From assembly GCA_964532495.1 (NCBI GenBank), contig CAZHJZ010000004.1, forward strand, positions 4,123-68,122: DNA of 64,000 nucleotides, read 5' to 3'. The notes below the pieces were generated by a model. The model searched no databases. It was not told the DNA's origin and saw only the letters and a program-made list of their open reading frames with translations. Source of the DNA: an uncultured Candidatus Saccharibacteria bacterium (lineage in GTDB: Bacteria; Patescibacteriota; Minisyncoccia; Phycocordibacterales; UBA9973). Below, piece after piece: positions 47,745 to 57,263 of this stretch; within the stretch, counting starts at the first letter, position 1, and each line of letters starts with the position of its first letter. A program made the position numbers and the translations under genes.

Positions 47745-48308
47745 ATGTCTCACGATCCTGAAGAAATTGTTCAAGTCGGACATCCTGTCCTTCGAAAGGT
47801 CGCGCAGCCTGTCGCGACCAAGGAAATTACCTCGCCTAAAATAAAAGAAGTAATTCGCCGAATGAAAGCATCTCTCGCCTCGCAAGATGACGGCGTTGCC
47901 ATTGCAGCACCGCAGATTGGAGAATCATTCCGCATCTTTGTCGTTTCTGGAAAAATCTTTGATGATCGTTTCAAGCGCGGAAAAGGAATTCCAAAAGGCG
48001 ATAAGCCCTCTCATGAGGATGTTGTATTTATCAACCCGGAGATCATAAAGTTGTCCACCAAGACTCGCTGGCTTCAAGAAGGATGCCTTTCTGTCCGCCC
48101 GATTTACGGCGAAGTAAAGCGTGCCTTGAATGCCACAGTAAAAGCTCATGACGAACACGGCAAGAAATTCGAACGCGGCGGCGGCGGATTGCTTGCGCAT
48201 ATCTTTCAGCACGAAATAGACCATTTGGACGGCATTCTTTTTATCGACAAAGCTCGTAACGCTCACGAAAGCACTGCCGAAGAATATTATGATGCAGATG
48301 AAGCCTAA
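47745..48308 (+). CDS. def: peptide deformylase
   Basis: GVAIAAPQIG, EGCLS and HEIDHLDG metal-binding motifs. Confidence 0.85.
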   Translation: MSHDPEEIVQVGHPVLRKVAQPVATKEITSPKIKEVIRRMKASLASQDDGVAIAAPQIGESFRIFVVSGKIFDDRFKRGKGIPKGDKPSHEDVVFINPEIIKLSTKTRWLQEGCLSVRPIYGEVKRALNATVKAHDEHGKKFERGGGGLLAHIFQHEIDHLDGILFIDKARNAHESTAEEYYDADEA

Positions 48309-49137
48309 CATTGCCTTTTGGGGCACGCCAGAACTTACCATAACCATTCTCGACTCGCTCGAAGAGAATGGTTTTTTGCCGCGCGTGATCATTACTGGAG
48401 AAGATCGACCGCAAGGCCGCGGATTAGTTCTCACTCCAACGGCTCCAAAGCTTTGGGGCGAAGCGCGAGGCATTCCCGTTCTCCAGCCAGCAAAAATAGA
48501 TGCTGCGTTTTTGGAAACGCTCAATCAATATGACCTCGATATTTCCATCGTCGTTGCATACGGAAAAATCTTGCCGCAAGAAGCAATCGATCTTCCAAAA
48601 TACGGAACACTTAATGTCCACTATTCCCTGCTTCCACGATGGCGCGGAGCGACCCCAGTCGAGTCTGCCGTCCTCGCGGGAGATACCGAAACGGGAGTAT
48701 GCATTCAGCAAATGGTATACAAGCTGGATGCCGGAGATGTTCATAAACAAGAAACTGTTACTATCGGAGAGCATGAAACTGCTCCAGATTTGCGCGCAAG
48801 ATTAAATATAATCGGCGCTCGCCTTCTCATTGAAACGTTGCATGCAATCCAGACAGGAACTGCTTCTCCTATTTCTCAAGACGAATCCGGCGTGACAAAA
48901 TGCGGAAAGATCAAAAAGGAAAACGGCTTGATCGATCCCAACGGCGACCCCATAGAAAACGACAGAAAGTTCCGCGCATACTACGGCTGGCCAGGCCTCT
49001 ACTATTTTATTGAAAAAGATGGCAAGCAGATGCGCGTAAAAATCACTGATGCAATGTTAGAAAACGGCAGATGGATAATCAAAAAAGTTATCCCTGAAGG
49101 CAAGAAAGAAATCGATTTTGCATTATTTCAAAGCTAG
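48289..49137 (+). CDS. fmt: methionyl-tRNA formyltransferase
   Basis: Formyltransferase N-domain (VHYSLLPRWRGATPV) in the def-fmt overlap arrangement. Confidence 0.85.
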   Translation: MMQMKPNIAFWGTPELTITILDSLEENGFLPRVIITGEDRPQGRGLVLTPTAPKLWGEARGIPVLQPAKIDAAFLETLNQYDLDISIVVAYGKILPQEAIDLPKYGTLNVHYSLLPRWRGATPVESAVLAGDTETGVCIQQMVYKLDAGDVHKQETVTIGEHETAPDLRARLNIIGARLLIETLHAIQTGTASPISQDESGVTKCGKIKKENGLIDPNGDPIENDRKFRAYYGWPGLYYFIEKDGKQMRVKITDAMLENGRWIIKKVIPEGKKEIDFALFQS

Positions 49138-49150
49138 CTAGAATGAGAAA

Positions 49151-49179
49151 TGCCGGGAACGCCACAAGCGTTCCCGGCA
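49151..49179. terminator. 12-bp GC hairpin between convergent fmt and hpf
   Basis: tgccgggaacgc-cacaa-gcgttcccggca. Confidence 0.5.
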
Positions 49180-49198
49180 TTCGGACATACTATTCCAC

Positions 49199-49585
49199 CT
49201 AATCTACTTTTGATGTAAACGGATTTCTCTTTGAAATCCCTTTTAGCATTTTCTTTACGCTTCGCGCTCCTCTTCGGAACACTGAGATCTTATGATCCTT
49301 GCGTTCAGTAACTTGTCGGATCAATTCAGAACTTGCTTCATCCACTGCCGCATAGATATCTTCCGATTCAGCAAACGAATGGAATTTCTCACCATCGATC
49401 ACAATATCGAAATCTGCTTTAAATACTTCTCCTTGTTTATGATGATTGGTTGAGCGCCCTACATCCACGTAAATTCGTTCGATGGTCTGAGATTGGGTGA
49501 ATTTTTCGGCCGCATCGAGCTTTTTTTCAATATGCGCTCGAAGCTCGTCGGTCAATTCGATATTCGTTGCTTTGATGTTTGTCAT
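49199..49585 (-). CDS. hpf: ribosome hibernation promoting factor / RaiA family
   Basis: MTNIKATNIELTDELRAHIEKKL ... beta-alpha-beta-beta-beta-alpha fold motifs. Confidence 0.7.
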   Translation of the reverse strand: MTNIKATNIELTDELRAHIEKKLDAAEKFTQSQTIERIYVDVGRSTNHHKQGEVFKADFDIVIDGEKFHSFAESEDIYAAVDEASSELIRQVTERKDHKISVFRRGARSVKKMLKGISKRNPFTSKVD

Positions 49586-49645
49586 AGAATGGTACTCGTC
49601 TAGGCTGCTAATATATACAGTATACACCTTTCCGAGGATGGGTAG

Positions 49646-49870
49646 TTACTCGATATTCACCGATAGGATCTTGCTCGGACTATGGTGCCCGCTTACTATC
49701 TTTACACGCCCTACTGGAGCCTTAAAATGCCCCGCCACGAGCTCTCTCACCCGAATATTAGCCAGATTGCGCTCAGCAGGCTCTCTGACTGAAATGCGAA
49801 AAGAATCCGGGGCAAGCTCTATAAACTGCTCCTTTTTGACTCCGGCTAAAACCTTAGCTTTGATATACAT
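49646..49870 (-). CDS. DUF167 (YggU) family protein
   Basis: 74 aa, with KAKVLAGVKKEQF....VREPAERNLANIRVRELVAGHF...VKIVSGHHSPSKIL. Confidence 0.5.
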   Translation of the reverse strand: MYIKAKVLAGVKKEQFIELAPDSFRISVREPAERNLANIRVRELVAGHFKAPVGRVKIVSGHHSPSKILSVNIE

Positions 49871-49875
49871 ACCCT

Positions 49876-49904
49876 TTGCATTTTAGCACCTTTTTTGCTA
49901 CTAT
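49876..49904 (+). promoter_or_regulatory. putative promoter for tRNA-Asn
   Basis: TTGCAT, a 17-nt spacer, then TACTAT. Confidence 0.3.
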
Positions 49905-49944
49905 CTTTCGGTAGTTCCACACGGTCTCGAAGCGGAACACATAT

Positions 49945-50016
49945 TCCCCGGTAGCTCAGCGGTAGAGCAATCGCCTGTTAAGCGATTGGTCGTAGGTTCG
50001 ATCCCTACCCGGGGAG
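49945..50016 (+). tRNA. tRNA-Asn(GTT)
   Basis: Acceptor TCCCCGG/CCGGGGA, anticodon stem-loop ATCGC-CTGTTAA-GCGAT and T-arm GTAGG-TTCGATC-CCTAC. Confidence 0.85.
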
Positions 50017-50022
50017 CTTCAC

Positions 50023-50079
50023 AAAAACACCTATTTTATATGGGTGTTTTTGATTGCCATACTTAGGAGTTCGAACCTG
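50023..50079 (+). repeat. type-B intergenic module copy 1: terminator ACACCTAT-tttat-ATGGGTGT+T5, then conserved tail GATTGCCATACTTAGGAGTTCGAACCTG
   Basis: The same architecture recurs at 52571, 55727 and 57676, with tail-only variants at 51029, 51693 and 53609. Confidence 0.6.
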
Positions 50080-50116
50080 TGTTACAATTTGCATATTAGC
50101 GTTAACAATATTTTTT

Positions 50117-50305
50117 ATGAAAACATTAAAGTGTGATTTGTGCGAAACAACAGCTCAAGGAGAAACATTTGAGGCATGGATGCAAAATCTTATGCCGCAC
50201 TATATGCAAGCTCATGCTGACGTTATGAATGACCCCAAGAACGGCAAGGAACAACAGATGAAATGGATGGAAGAAAATAAAAAACGATTTGAAGAAGCCA
50301 AGTAA
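50117..50305 (+). CDS. small DUF1059-like protein
   Basis: MKTLKCDLCETTAQGETFEAWMQNLMPHYMQAH fits the KC.D..C......GET.E...........H pattern. Confidence 0.4.
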   Translation: MKTLKCDLCETTAQGETFEAWMQNLMPHYMQAHADVMNDPKNGKEQQMKWMEENKKRFEEAK

Positions 50306-50311
50306 ATTAGT

Positions 50312-50680
50312 ATGACTATTTTCTTCTTCTACCTCCTTGCATACCTCGTATTGTCTTTCGCACTTGGTGCAATTTGGCACATAGTTTTGTTTAAGGAGTA
50401 TTATAAAAAACTCGCGATATATTCGAACATCGAAAAGCCTCGGTTTGCCTTCGGTTTTTCTGCGATGCTTATTCAAGGTATTGTATTTGCGTATATGTAT
50501 CCGCTCGTACAAAATCCTATTATATTTGGAATTGGACTTTTCGGATTGCTTGCAAGCTTCATGGTATTTGCAGAGGCTGGTAAACAAAATGCTACCTCAT
50601 TATCAGGATTCGTAGGTATCCAGACAGCATTTTCTGCTGTACAAGCTATTCTGGTGACACTAGCCTTTTGGTTGATATAA
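50312..50680 (+). CDS. hypothetical 4-TM membrane protein (DUF1761-like)
   Basis: Hydrophobic helices. The DUF1761 assignment is uncertain. Confidence 0.3.
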   Translation: MTIFFFYLLAYLVLSFALGAIWHIVLFKEYYKKLAIYSNIEKPRFAFGFSAMLIQGIVFAYMYPLVQNPIIFGIGLFGLLASFMVFAEAGKQNATSLSGFVGIQTAFSAVQAILVTLAFWLI

Positions 50681-50691
50681 CAGTACTTGCA

Positions 50692-51000
50692 ATGCCCGTA
50701 AGCAAAAATACATATAAGATACGCTCTGAAGTTTTTCTCTGGCCTGGGATGTCTGGGTGGCATTTTATTGGCGTTCCCAAAAAACAATCGGGGGAAATAA
50801 AAAAACGATTTGGAGCAAACGCTAAAGGTTGGGGTTCGATTCCTGTATCTATAACCCTCGACAAGACAACATGGGACACTTCTATATTTCCCGACAAAAA
50901 ATCAGGTACATACCTACTGCCCCTCAAAGTGGAGGTTCGCAAAAAGGAAGGCGTGCTCGAAGGTGATGTAGTAAATTTCTTTTTGAAGGTAAGAATATAA
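50692..51000 (+). CDS. DUF1905 family protein
   Basis: W.F..VP...........GW.S.PV...L....W.TSIFPDKKSG.YLLPLK..VRKKEG...GD.V. Confidence 0.5.
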   Translation: MPVSKNTYKIRSEVFLWPGMSGWHFIGVPKKQSGEIKKRFGANAKGWGSIPVSITLDKTTWDTSIFPDKKSGTYLLPLKVEVRKKEGVLEGDVVNFFLKVRI

Positions 51001-51028
51001 CTATTTGACCCCATTAATACTCATTAAT

Positions 51029-51067
51029 GATTGCTTTTCGAACATCATCCCAAGTTCGGAGCATTAG
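51029..51067 (+). repeat. type-B tail copy (GATTGCTTTTCGAACATCATCCCAAGTTCGGAGCATTAG)
   Basis: Contains the CGAAC-(10 nt)-GTTCG hairpin and the GTTCGGAGCATTAG box shared with copies at 52620 and 51711. Confidence 0.5.
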
Positions 51068-51094
51068 AACTAGAAACCGATCTTTGTTATACTT

Positions 51095-51688
51095 ATGCAT
51101 ATGACTCTTACAAATCTCGCAATATTGTGTTTTGCTTCTATTTCATACATCGTGGGTTTCTATGCAATTATAAAGAATGGGTATCGTCCTAACATATTTA
51201 CTCGTACCGTATTTCTTTGTTTATCCTTGAACAGTCTTGCCAGTGTTATTAAACTTGGTACCCAATCTTCTACCCTTACACTTGCATATGTTACATTTTT
51301 CGGGAGCTTACTAATATTTACTGGTTCAATTATATTCAAAAGCGAGAGATTGTGGGGTAAAAATGAAACTATTTCTACTATCCTCCTGGTTACCAGTCTT
51401 TTGATTTGGATTTTTACTGATTTTCCCTTACTTAATCTTTGTATAGGACTAATTGCACACTTGTTGGGTTCGTTACCAACCGTTACTCGTGTTATTAAAA
51501 AACCAGGAAGTGAAAATATTCCCTTTTGGTTATTATTTGCATTGGCCAGTATCATAGCTTTACTCTCCACCCATGGTAGCAATATCAAAGATTATATATT
51601 CGCTATATATTTCTGTATTTTTGATAGTGGCATGACGATACTTGCATGCAGAAAGTATTTTATAAAAAATCAATTGCTAACAATCTGA
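51095..51688 (+). CDS. hypothetical polytopic membrane protein (5-6 TM)
   Basis: Hydrophobicity pattern only. Confidence 0.35.
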   Translation: MHMTLTNLAILCFASISYIVGFYAIIKNGYRPNIFTRTVFLCLSLNSLASVIKLGTQSSTLTLAYVTFFGSLLIFTGSIIFKSERLWGKNETISTILLVTSLLIWIFTDFPLLNLCIGLIAHLLGSLPTVTRVIKKPGSENIPFWLLFALASIIALLSTHGSNIKDYIFAIYFCIFDSGMTILACRKYFIKNQLLTI

Positions 51689-51692
51689 CAAA

Positions 51693-51727
51693 GACTGTTT
51701 CGAATATCCTCCCAGGCTCGGAGCAAA
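51693..51727 (+). repeat. type-B tail copy variant (GACTGTTTCGAATATCCTCCCAGGCTCGGAGCAAATT)
   Basis: Aligns to the 51029 and 52620 copies. Confidence 0.45.
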
Positions 51728-51865
51728 TTTGACAATTTAATATTTCATGCTATTGTTCAAGCAATACTGTTTTTTGACACACAACGTTATTTTAGTTGTC
51801 TTACTCGTGGTTCTTGAAGGGGTCACTAGTAAGACAACTAATTCTTCACAAAATTTAAACACACC
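51728..51865 (+). promoter_or_regulatory. type-A promoter/leader module copy 1
   Basis: TTGACA (51729-34), a 16-nt spacer, TGcTATTGT extended -10, then TTTTTTGACACA. The hairpin is AGTTGTCTTACT-[cgtggttcttgaaggggtcact]-AGTAAGACAACT (51794-51839), and the ATG is at 51866. Confidence 0.5.
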
Positions 51866-52477
51866 ATGGGTCAACGCATCTATAAAATTATTACTGACAA
51901 GGGAATATTGTATGCCGTATTTGATAAGGTTCTTGACCAATTTGTGACTCCACCTGCTGCATCAGTATCAGCACTAGAGCACGATGCGGAAGAGGCGAGC
52001 GAGGAAGGCATACTTGACCTTACTTCTAAAACACTCAATAAAGTTGATGCTGCTATAGCAAAACTTGAAGCAGGAAAAAATCTGAATAAGGGAGAGGTTG
52101 CTACCCTCTATTCTTTTAACAAGTTTCTTGAAGGAACAGTAGCAGAGCATCAATATACGTACCCAGAAATCGATCCAAAAAAAATTGAGGGTTGGATTTC
52201 AGAACTTAATCTAAAAGAACAGTTTATTGCTCAAGGTGATGAAAACGTTAGAAATTTTATTCACGACAAAGCGCTCTACCCTTCTTACCAACAAAGAGCA
52301 TTAAACCCAAAACGACCATTAAAAGAATTAGACAAGGCGTCACCAAGTCAAAAAAAGCTTGCTGGCCGCTATCTCCGGGCACTAGTAACCATCGGAAACA
52401 TACTTGGACCTAAAAAATCAACTATCAAACAAGTACTTACCAAATTTTTCAAAAAACTCGAAGGCACAGACAATTAA
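51866..52477 (+). CDS. hypothetical protein (203 aa)
   Basis: No recognisable motif. A strong 15-bp hairpin terminator follows at 52504-52542 (AATATCTCGCCATAA-gat-TTATGGCGAGATATT+TTATTT). Confidence 0.35.
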   Translation: MGQRIYKIITDKGILYAVFDKVLDQFVTPPAASVSALEHDAEEASEEGILDLTSKTLNKVDAAIAKLEAGKNLNKGEVATLYSFNKFLEGTVAEHQYTYPEIDPKKIEGWISELNLKEQFIAQGDENVRNFIHDKALYPSYQQRALNPKRPLKELDKASPSQKKLAGRYLRALVTIGNILGPKKSTIKQVLTKFFKKLEGTDN

Positions 52478-52570
52478 TAAAAATCGTTCTGTCATTCAGT
52501 CCCAATATCTCGCCATAAGATTTATGGCGAGATATTTTATTTAGGGTTCAGAGGCTACAAAAATACTTTT

Positions 52571-52644
52571 ACACACATTTTATATAGATGTTTTTGACTG
52601 CCGTACTTAGGAGTACGAACATCGTCGCATGTTCGGAGCATTAG
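52571..52644 (+). repeat. type-B module copy (degenerate terminator + tail TGACTGCCGTACTTAGGAGTACGAACATCGTCGCATGTTCGGAGCATTAG)
   Basis: Full-length tail containing the 7-bp hairpin CGAACAT-cgtcgc-ATGTTCG. Confidence 0.55.
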
Positions 52645-52645
52645 T

Positions 52646-52785
52646 TTGACAAAAATAAAATATCGTTATAATGTGATTTAAATCACGGTTTTTTTGACAT
52701 ACCTAGTTATTGCTTATTGTGTCACCTCTGTCTCTTTATAGAAATAGTGGTGACGCAATAATTTTCTCACTTCATAACGACTACA
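52646..52785 (+). promoter_or_regulatory. type-A-like promoter/leader module (variant)
   Basis: TTGACA (52646-51), a 15-nt spacer, then TATAAT (52667-72). Next come the palindrome GTGATTTAAATCAC, the motif TTTTTTTGACATA, and a 13-bp leader hairpin TTATTGTGTCACC...GGTGACGCAATAA (52714-52761). The ATG is at 52786. Confidence 0.5.
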
Positions 52786-53151
52786 ATGAAAACAATGACT
52801 TTAACTGTCTGCGGATTTTACGTAAAACACGAAAACCTGCCAGGAATTCAGGATTTAGAAGCACAACATTGCTTAAAATACACCAGTGTGTCCAAAGAGC
52901 GCACGCATGCCTTAGACAACATGAGTGGCGAGATTACCCTAAACGCAGGGAGCCGCGAAGCAACAATGAAGCAAGGCGACAACCAATTTTCCTTTACTAT
53001 TTTGTCAGTGACAGGCTTAAGTCTGCCTGGACAAAATGAAACCTACCCTGAACTGCAATTTGGTTCAGAAGAAGATTGCGAATTCCGCCTAATCACGAAA
53101 CCAGATATAAATGTGGGACAAATCAATACATTTATTCAGAAAAACCTCTAA
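52786..53151 (+). CDS. hypothetical protein (121 aa)
   Basis: ORF only. Confidence 0.3.
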   Translation: MKTMTLTVCGFYVKHENLPGIQDLEAQHCLKYTSVSKERTHALDNMSGEITLNAGSREATMKQGDNQFSFTILSVTGLSLPGQNETYPELQFGSEEDCEFRLITKPDINVGQINTFIQKNL

Positions 53152-53161
53152 AACAAATAAC

Positions 53162-53521
53162 ATGTCTAGGAAAAGAAAAATTAAGACGGAAGCAGAAATA
53201 AATTTTGAAAACTTACAGAAATATATTGCGCCAAATACCATGGAGGAATATGTTTCATCATGCCGTAAAAGCCTTCAAAATTTCTTTGGCGAATCAAAAA
53301 TACAATTTACTCGATTGGTTTATGATGGATTAGGCACAGAAACAACAGCCACCTGTACTGTTAAACATAAACATAAAAAGACAGACCCAATCGCAACAAT
53401 CGTGTGGTCAAATGATGGGCAAACTCTTACAATTAACGATACTCAAATACCCTATTCTTTCGGCAGAATGGTTAACCTAATGAATGAATTAGGAAAATTG
53501 TTAGATAAGTTAAACCTATAA
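53162..53521 (+). CDS. hypothetical protein (119 aa)
   Basis: ORF only. Basic N-terminus MSRKRKIK. Confidence 0.3.
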   Translation: MSRKRKIKTEAEINFENLQKYIAPNTMEEYVSSCRKSLQNFFGESKIQFTRLVYDGLGTETTATCTVKHKHKKTDPIATIVWSNDGQTLTINDTQIPYSFGRMVNLMNELGKLLDKLNL

Positions 53522-53558
53522 AATATAAGTTAGTACACAACTCTAGTAAACATCTTTA

Positions 53559-53640
53559 CCATCATCTCGCAAGGGATGGTGGCTTTTTATGCCCTATCAT
53601 ATTTTAATATTGCCATTCGAACATCCCCCAAGTTCGGATC
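53559..53640 (+). repeat. type-B-like module (terminator CCATC..GATGG+T5, tail ATTGCCATTCGAACATCCCCCAAGTTCGGATC)
   Basis: Aligns with the 51029 copy. Confidence 0.45.
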
Positions 53641-53731
53641 AAAATTTCTGTATAACCGACCATCCTCATTTGATTGGTTTTAAACAACCAGTTGCTTTTT
53701 CGCCATTCCTGATTACGGTATACTAATAGTC

Positions 53732-55711
53732 ATGAAACGCAGCCATATATTTTTTGCGGTATTCTTATTAGGATGCTTGGCATTTATTGGATCATCGAGA
53801 ACCGCACATGCGAGCACACTTCCCACCCAGCAACCATTTCTTTACAATTTACGTCTTGGCGCAATGGATAGCGATGTAGCACGTTTGCAAAAATACTTGA
53901 ACGAGCACGGCGCTCTCGTAGCCACATCTGGCCCGGGATCATTAGGAAATGAAACCCAATACTACGGACCAGCGACGGCGCGTGCGATGCGGCTTTTCCA
54001 AGAAAAGCATGCGGGAGCAATCCTCTTCCCTTTGGGCCTCACCAAAGGAACAGGCAATTTTTATACTGCCACTCGAAATTTTGTAAACCAAACTCTGGGG
54101 CAAGACCCGATCTCTGAAACAGTTTCAAAAACAAGCGGCTACTATACTATCGGCGGCACACTAACAGGCATTACTGGCCAAATAATACTTCGAAATAATA
54201 CTGACACCATAACTATTAATCCCGGCCAGAGCGCTACCTTTCGTTTTCCCACTAAACTTGCTTCAGGCCAATCGTACAACCTTGCCGTAACTCAAATGCC
54301 AAATGGTCAACACTGTTTTATCGCTCCTGGTCAAAATAGCAACGGCGTCGTATATAACTCCGATGTGAACATTCCTATCCAATGTAGCAGCAATGGCTTA
54401 AACCCATTTAAACCACTTATCCCATCAAGCGGCATAGCAACATATACAATCGGCGGAACGGTTTCAGGATTGACTGATACGGTGATTCTTGAAAAAAGCA
54501 ACGGCGACAGTCTAACTATTTCAAACAATGGTGCTTTTGCATTTCCAACTGCTATCGCATCGGGCGGTTCATATTCGGTCAGTATTACATCTCAGCCAGC
54601 CGGACAGACCTGCAACATTGTAAACGACAATGGCACAAATATAAGCGCTAATATCACCAACATTGATGTCTCATGTGTCACCAATACATTCACTGTAGGC
54701 GGAACAGTTTCGGGACTTTCGGGGACTGTCATCTTGTTGAACAATGGAGGAGATGCGAACACGCTAACAAGTGATGGACCGTTTACATTTGCAACTCCGG
54801 TAGCAGAAGGCAGTCCTTACAGTGTGGCTGTACAAACTCAACCCGCAGATCAAACCTGTGTTATTACAAACAGTACCGGCATAATGGGAGGATCAAATGT
54901 GACCAATGTCAGTGTGAGTTGTTCGCTCACTCTTGTAAGCATTACAGTTACGCCAAGCAATTCTTCTCTTCCAAGGACCATTACTAAGCAATTCACTGCA
55001 ATTGGACAATATGCGGATTCAAGCACAGCAGACATTACAGCATCTGTGGCTTGGGATACGTCCAATCATAGTATTGCGACGATCAATGGCACTGGATTAG
55101 GAACAGGAGTCAGCTCAGGAACAACACAAGTCTCTGCAACATTGGATGGTGTTGTTGGAAACACAAATCTAACCGTAACCAATGCAACGTTAGTAGCCAT
55201 CACAGTCTTACCGAATAGTTCAACTCTTCCGACCGGCATCAATTTGCAATATACAGCCCAGGGTATTTTTTCCGATGCAAGCACTGTTAACATTACCAAT
55301 CAAGCTACGTGGGAGGTATCCGACCCGACTATTGCCACAATTGATGGCACACGATTGGTGACTGGCGTTTCCCCTGGAATAACACAAATTAGGGCATCCC
55401 TGAATGCTGTTCTTGGAAGTACAAACTTAACAGTAACCGATGCTATTTTGGTATCCATCACAATCTCCCCTTCAAATCCTTCCGTCGCGAGAAACTCCAC
55501 ACTCCAATTATCAGCCATCGGTACATTCAGTGATAGTTCTGCCGTAAACATTACCAATCAGGCTGCTTGGACTTCTACAGCAACAAGCGTTGCAACCGTC
55601 AATAACACTGATCACAAAGGAAAGGTTACCGGTGTCGCAGGAGGAGCATCAAGTATTCGTGCAAGCCTTACCTTTATTATGGGCACTGCTACGCTGTTCG
55701 TAGGTTCTTAA
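53732..55711 (+). CDS. secreted cell-surface protein: signal peptide, peptidoglycan-binding domain, 4x ~90-aa repeats, 3x Big_2 (bacterial Ig-like) domains
   Basis: PG_binding_1-like LRLGAMDSDVARLQKYLNEHG...YGPATARAMRLFQ. Repeats of the form YTIGGT[VL][ST]G[IL]T..VIL. Big_2 repeats such as ITVTPSNSSLPRTITKQFTAIGQYADSS..DIT..VAW.TSN..IATI. Confidence 0.6.
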   Translation: MKRSHIFFAVFLLGCLAFIGSSRTAHASTLPTQQPFLYNLRLGAMDSDVARLQKYLNEHGALVATSGPGSLGNETQYYGPATARAMRLFQEKHAGAILFPLGLTKGTGNFYTATRNFVNQTLGQDPISETVSKTSGYYTIGGTLTGITGQIILRNNTDTITINPGQSATFRFPTKLASGQSYNLAVTQMPNGQHCFIAPGQNSNGVVYNSDVNIPIQCSSNGLNPFKPLIPSSGIATYTIGGTVSGLTDTVILEKSNGDSLTISNNGAFAFPTAIASGGSYSVSITSQPAGQTCNIVNDNGTNISANITNIDVSCVTNTFTVGGTVSGLSGTVILLNNGGDANTLTSDGPFTFATPVAEGSPYSVAVQTQPADQTCVITNSTGIMGGSNVTNVSVSCSLTLVSITVTPSNSSLPRTITKQFTAIGQYADSSTADITASVAWDTSNHSIATINGTGLGTGVSSGTTQVSATLDGVVGNTNLTVTNATLVAITVLPNSSTLPTGINLQYTAQGIFSDASTVNITNQATWEVSDPTIATIDGTRLVTGVSPGITQIRASLNAVLGSTNLTVTDAILVSITISPSNPSVARNSTLQLSAIGTFSDSSAVNITNQAAWTSTATSVATVNNTDHKGKVTGVAGGASSIRASLTFIMGTATLFVGS

Positions 55712-55726
55712 TTTAATGTAACTAGC

Positions 55727-55780
55727 AAAAACACTCATTTTATATGGGTGTTTTTATTTACTCTACTTACAAGTTCCAAC
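55727..55780 (+). repeat. type-B module copy (terminator ACACTCAT-tttat-ATGGGTGT+T5, degenerate tail ATTTACTCTACTTACAAGTTCCAAC)
   Basis: Aligns to the 50023 copy. Confidence 0.5.
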
Positions 55781-55799
55781 TTTTGATATACTCATATCT

Positions 55800-56504
55800 A
55801 TGGAACAGCCAAGAATGAATCAGCCCCCTACCCCTCAGTGGTCACATTTAGAAAAAGGATACGCTCCGATACGTACCTGTATCAATGATGCTGAAAATCT
55901 CACAGAAGAAACAAAAGAAAAGATCCAGGAAATAAAAAACAACGGACTGGAAGTTCCAATGGATAGTATTTCGCAAATTGATGAAAAAGAGAAACACTCT
56001 TTGGGGTATGCTTACTGCACAGGCATTATTATGACTGGAGTTGATAAGCATACAGGAAAACAAATATCATTCATGGCACACAAGGATCCTCACGGTTTAA
56101 AATCTGACAGTTTCAGAATTGATTTGGAAAAGAGAACCAGTGAACTGTTGAGCAGATCATTACCAAGAAGCGTGGATGCTGTACTTTTTGGTGGTAGAGG
56201 CGGACATATACATGACACTGACAGGCACGAGGATTCAATGAAATATTGGTCTGAAATTTGTAAAAAAATACTGCATTTTGAACCAACAATTTTGGGAGGT
56301 CCGAATATTTGGCCATTGCGCACAGCAGACAACTGGACAGAAAAGGAGAGAAAAGAGAGAGATAAATGGACGGATGTCTATTTTGATACTGAACATCGTC
56401 GGCTCGAATTAGTTCGAGTGGAACAATATAATAGCAAGCTCAATGAGCCTTTTACTGCTGCGGACTACTCAAAACAAAAAGAACGATGGGAGGGAGCCGA
56501 ATAA
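55800..56504 (+). CDS. hypothetical cytoplasmic protein (234 aa)
   Basis: ORF only. Confidence 0.35.
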   Translation: MEQPRMNQPPTPQWSHLEKGYAPIRTCINDAENLTEETKEKIQEIKNNGLEVPMDSISQIDEKEKHSLGYAYCTGIIMTGVDKHTGKQISFMAHKDPHGLKSDSFRIDLEKRTSELLSRSLPRSVDAVLFGGRGGHIHDTDRHEDSMKYWSEICKKILHFEPTILGGPNIWPLRTADNWTEKERKERDKWTDVYFDTEHRRLELVRVEQYNSKLNEPFTAADYSKQKERWEGAE

Positions 56505-56620
56505 AATTGACAATCCAATATTTCATGCTATTGTTCAAGCAAGAGTGCTTTTTGACATTTGTTTATTAGTGACCAGAGAAGGCCTCCCCTTTTGCGGCCA
56601 CTAATAAACCGCACCGTGAA
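56505..56620 (+). promoter_or_regulatory. type-A promoter/leader module copy 2
   Basis: TTGACA (56507-12), a 16-nt spacer, TGcTATTGT, then TTTTTGACA (56552-57). The hairpin is TTAGTGACC-[agagaaggcctccccttttgc]-GGCCACTAA (56566-56604). An alternative partner TGGTCAC lies at 56648-56654. Confidence 0.5.
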
Positions 56621-56723
56621 AAACAAAAAACGATTATTCTTTCTTAGAAGTTGGTCACATTTCATACTATCTACTGTTTTATTTCTGGTAACCGCCTATG
56701 TACTAGTAATAAACAATTACAAC

Positions 56724-57128
56724 ATGAGGTATGAAAATACAGCAGTACAGGTAGTCGGCTATCATCCAGGACACACCGACAAACACAACAATATAGAAGA
56801 CTATTACCTTATTGCCCGCACAAAAGATTCAAAACTAGTCAGAATTTTAGTAAGCGAAAAGACTCGCCGGCATCTAGCTATCGGAAGCAAGTCAGTATTC
56901 CCTTTACGTAAAGTAGATATCGACCCAACAGACATTAGAGGCCCTATTTATTTCTTCAGTGCAATACTGTTGTCATTTATTTCTGTTTCGTACTTTTTCT
57001 TTTTATTCCTTTTCTATTTTGGATTGTATAAAGAATGGGATAACGTTCAGCAAAACAGTCTAGGTGGTTCAAACACACCTAGCACGCTACGACTACCCCT
57101 TTTGGGAGGATTCCTGTTTCGACAGTAA
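56724..57128 (+). CDS. hypothetical membrane protein (start uncertain)
   Basis: The ORF track begins at 56559 but runs through the leader hairpin. The first ATG is at 56724. C-terminal TM IYFFSAILLSFISVSYFFFLFLFYF. Confidence 0.3.
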   Translation: MRYENTAVQVVGYHPGHTDKHNNIEDYYLIARTKDSKLVRILVSEKTRRHLAIGSKSVFPLRKVDIDPTDIRGPIYFFSAILLSFISVSYFFFLFLFYFGLYKEWDNVQQNSLGGSNTPSTLRLPLLGGFLFRQ

Positions 57129-57263
57129 GATTAAAAAATGTAAAAAGGCTTGTAATTGTATATATACAATTACAAGCCTTTATTATTTCTCTCTTCAAAT
57201 CACCTTTAGTGACGGGTCTTTTTGATTCATACTATGAAATTCAAAGTATGATAAAATAAATAT

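Noticed and set aside
56559-56723. ORF-track start of gene at 56559
   Set aside because: It would translate the conserved type-A leader hairpin (SDQRRPPLLRPLIN arises from GTGACCAGAGAAGG...GCGGCCAC). The real start must be downstream.
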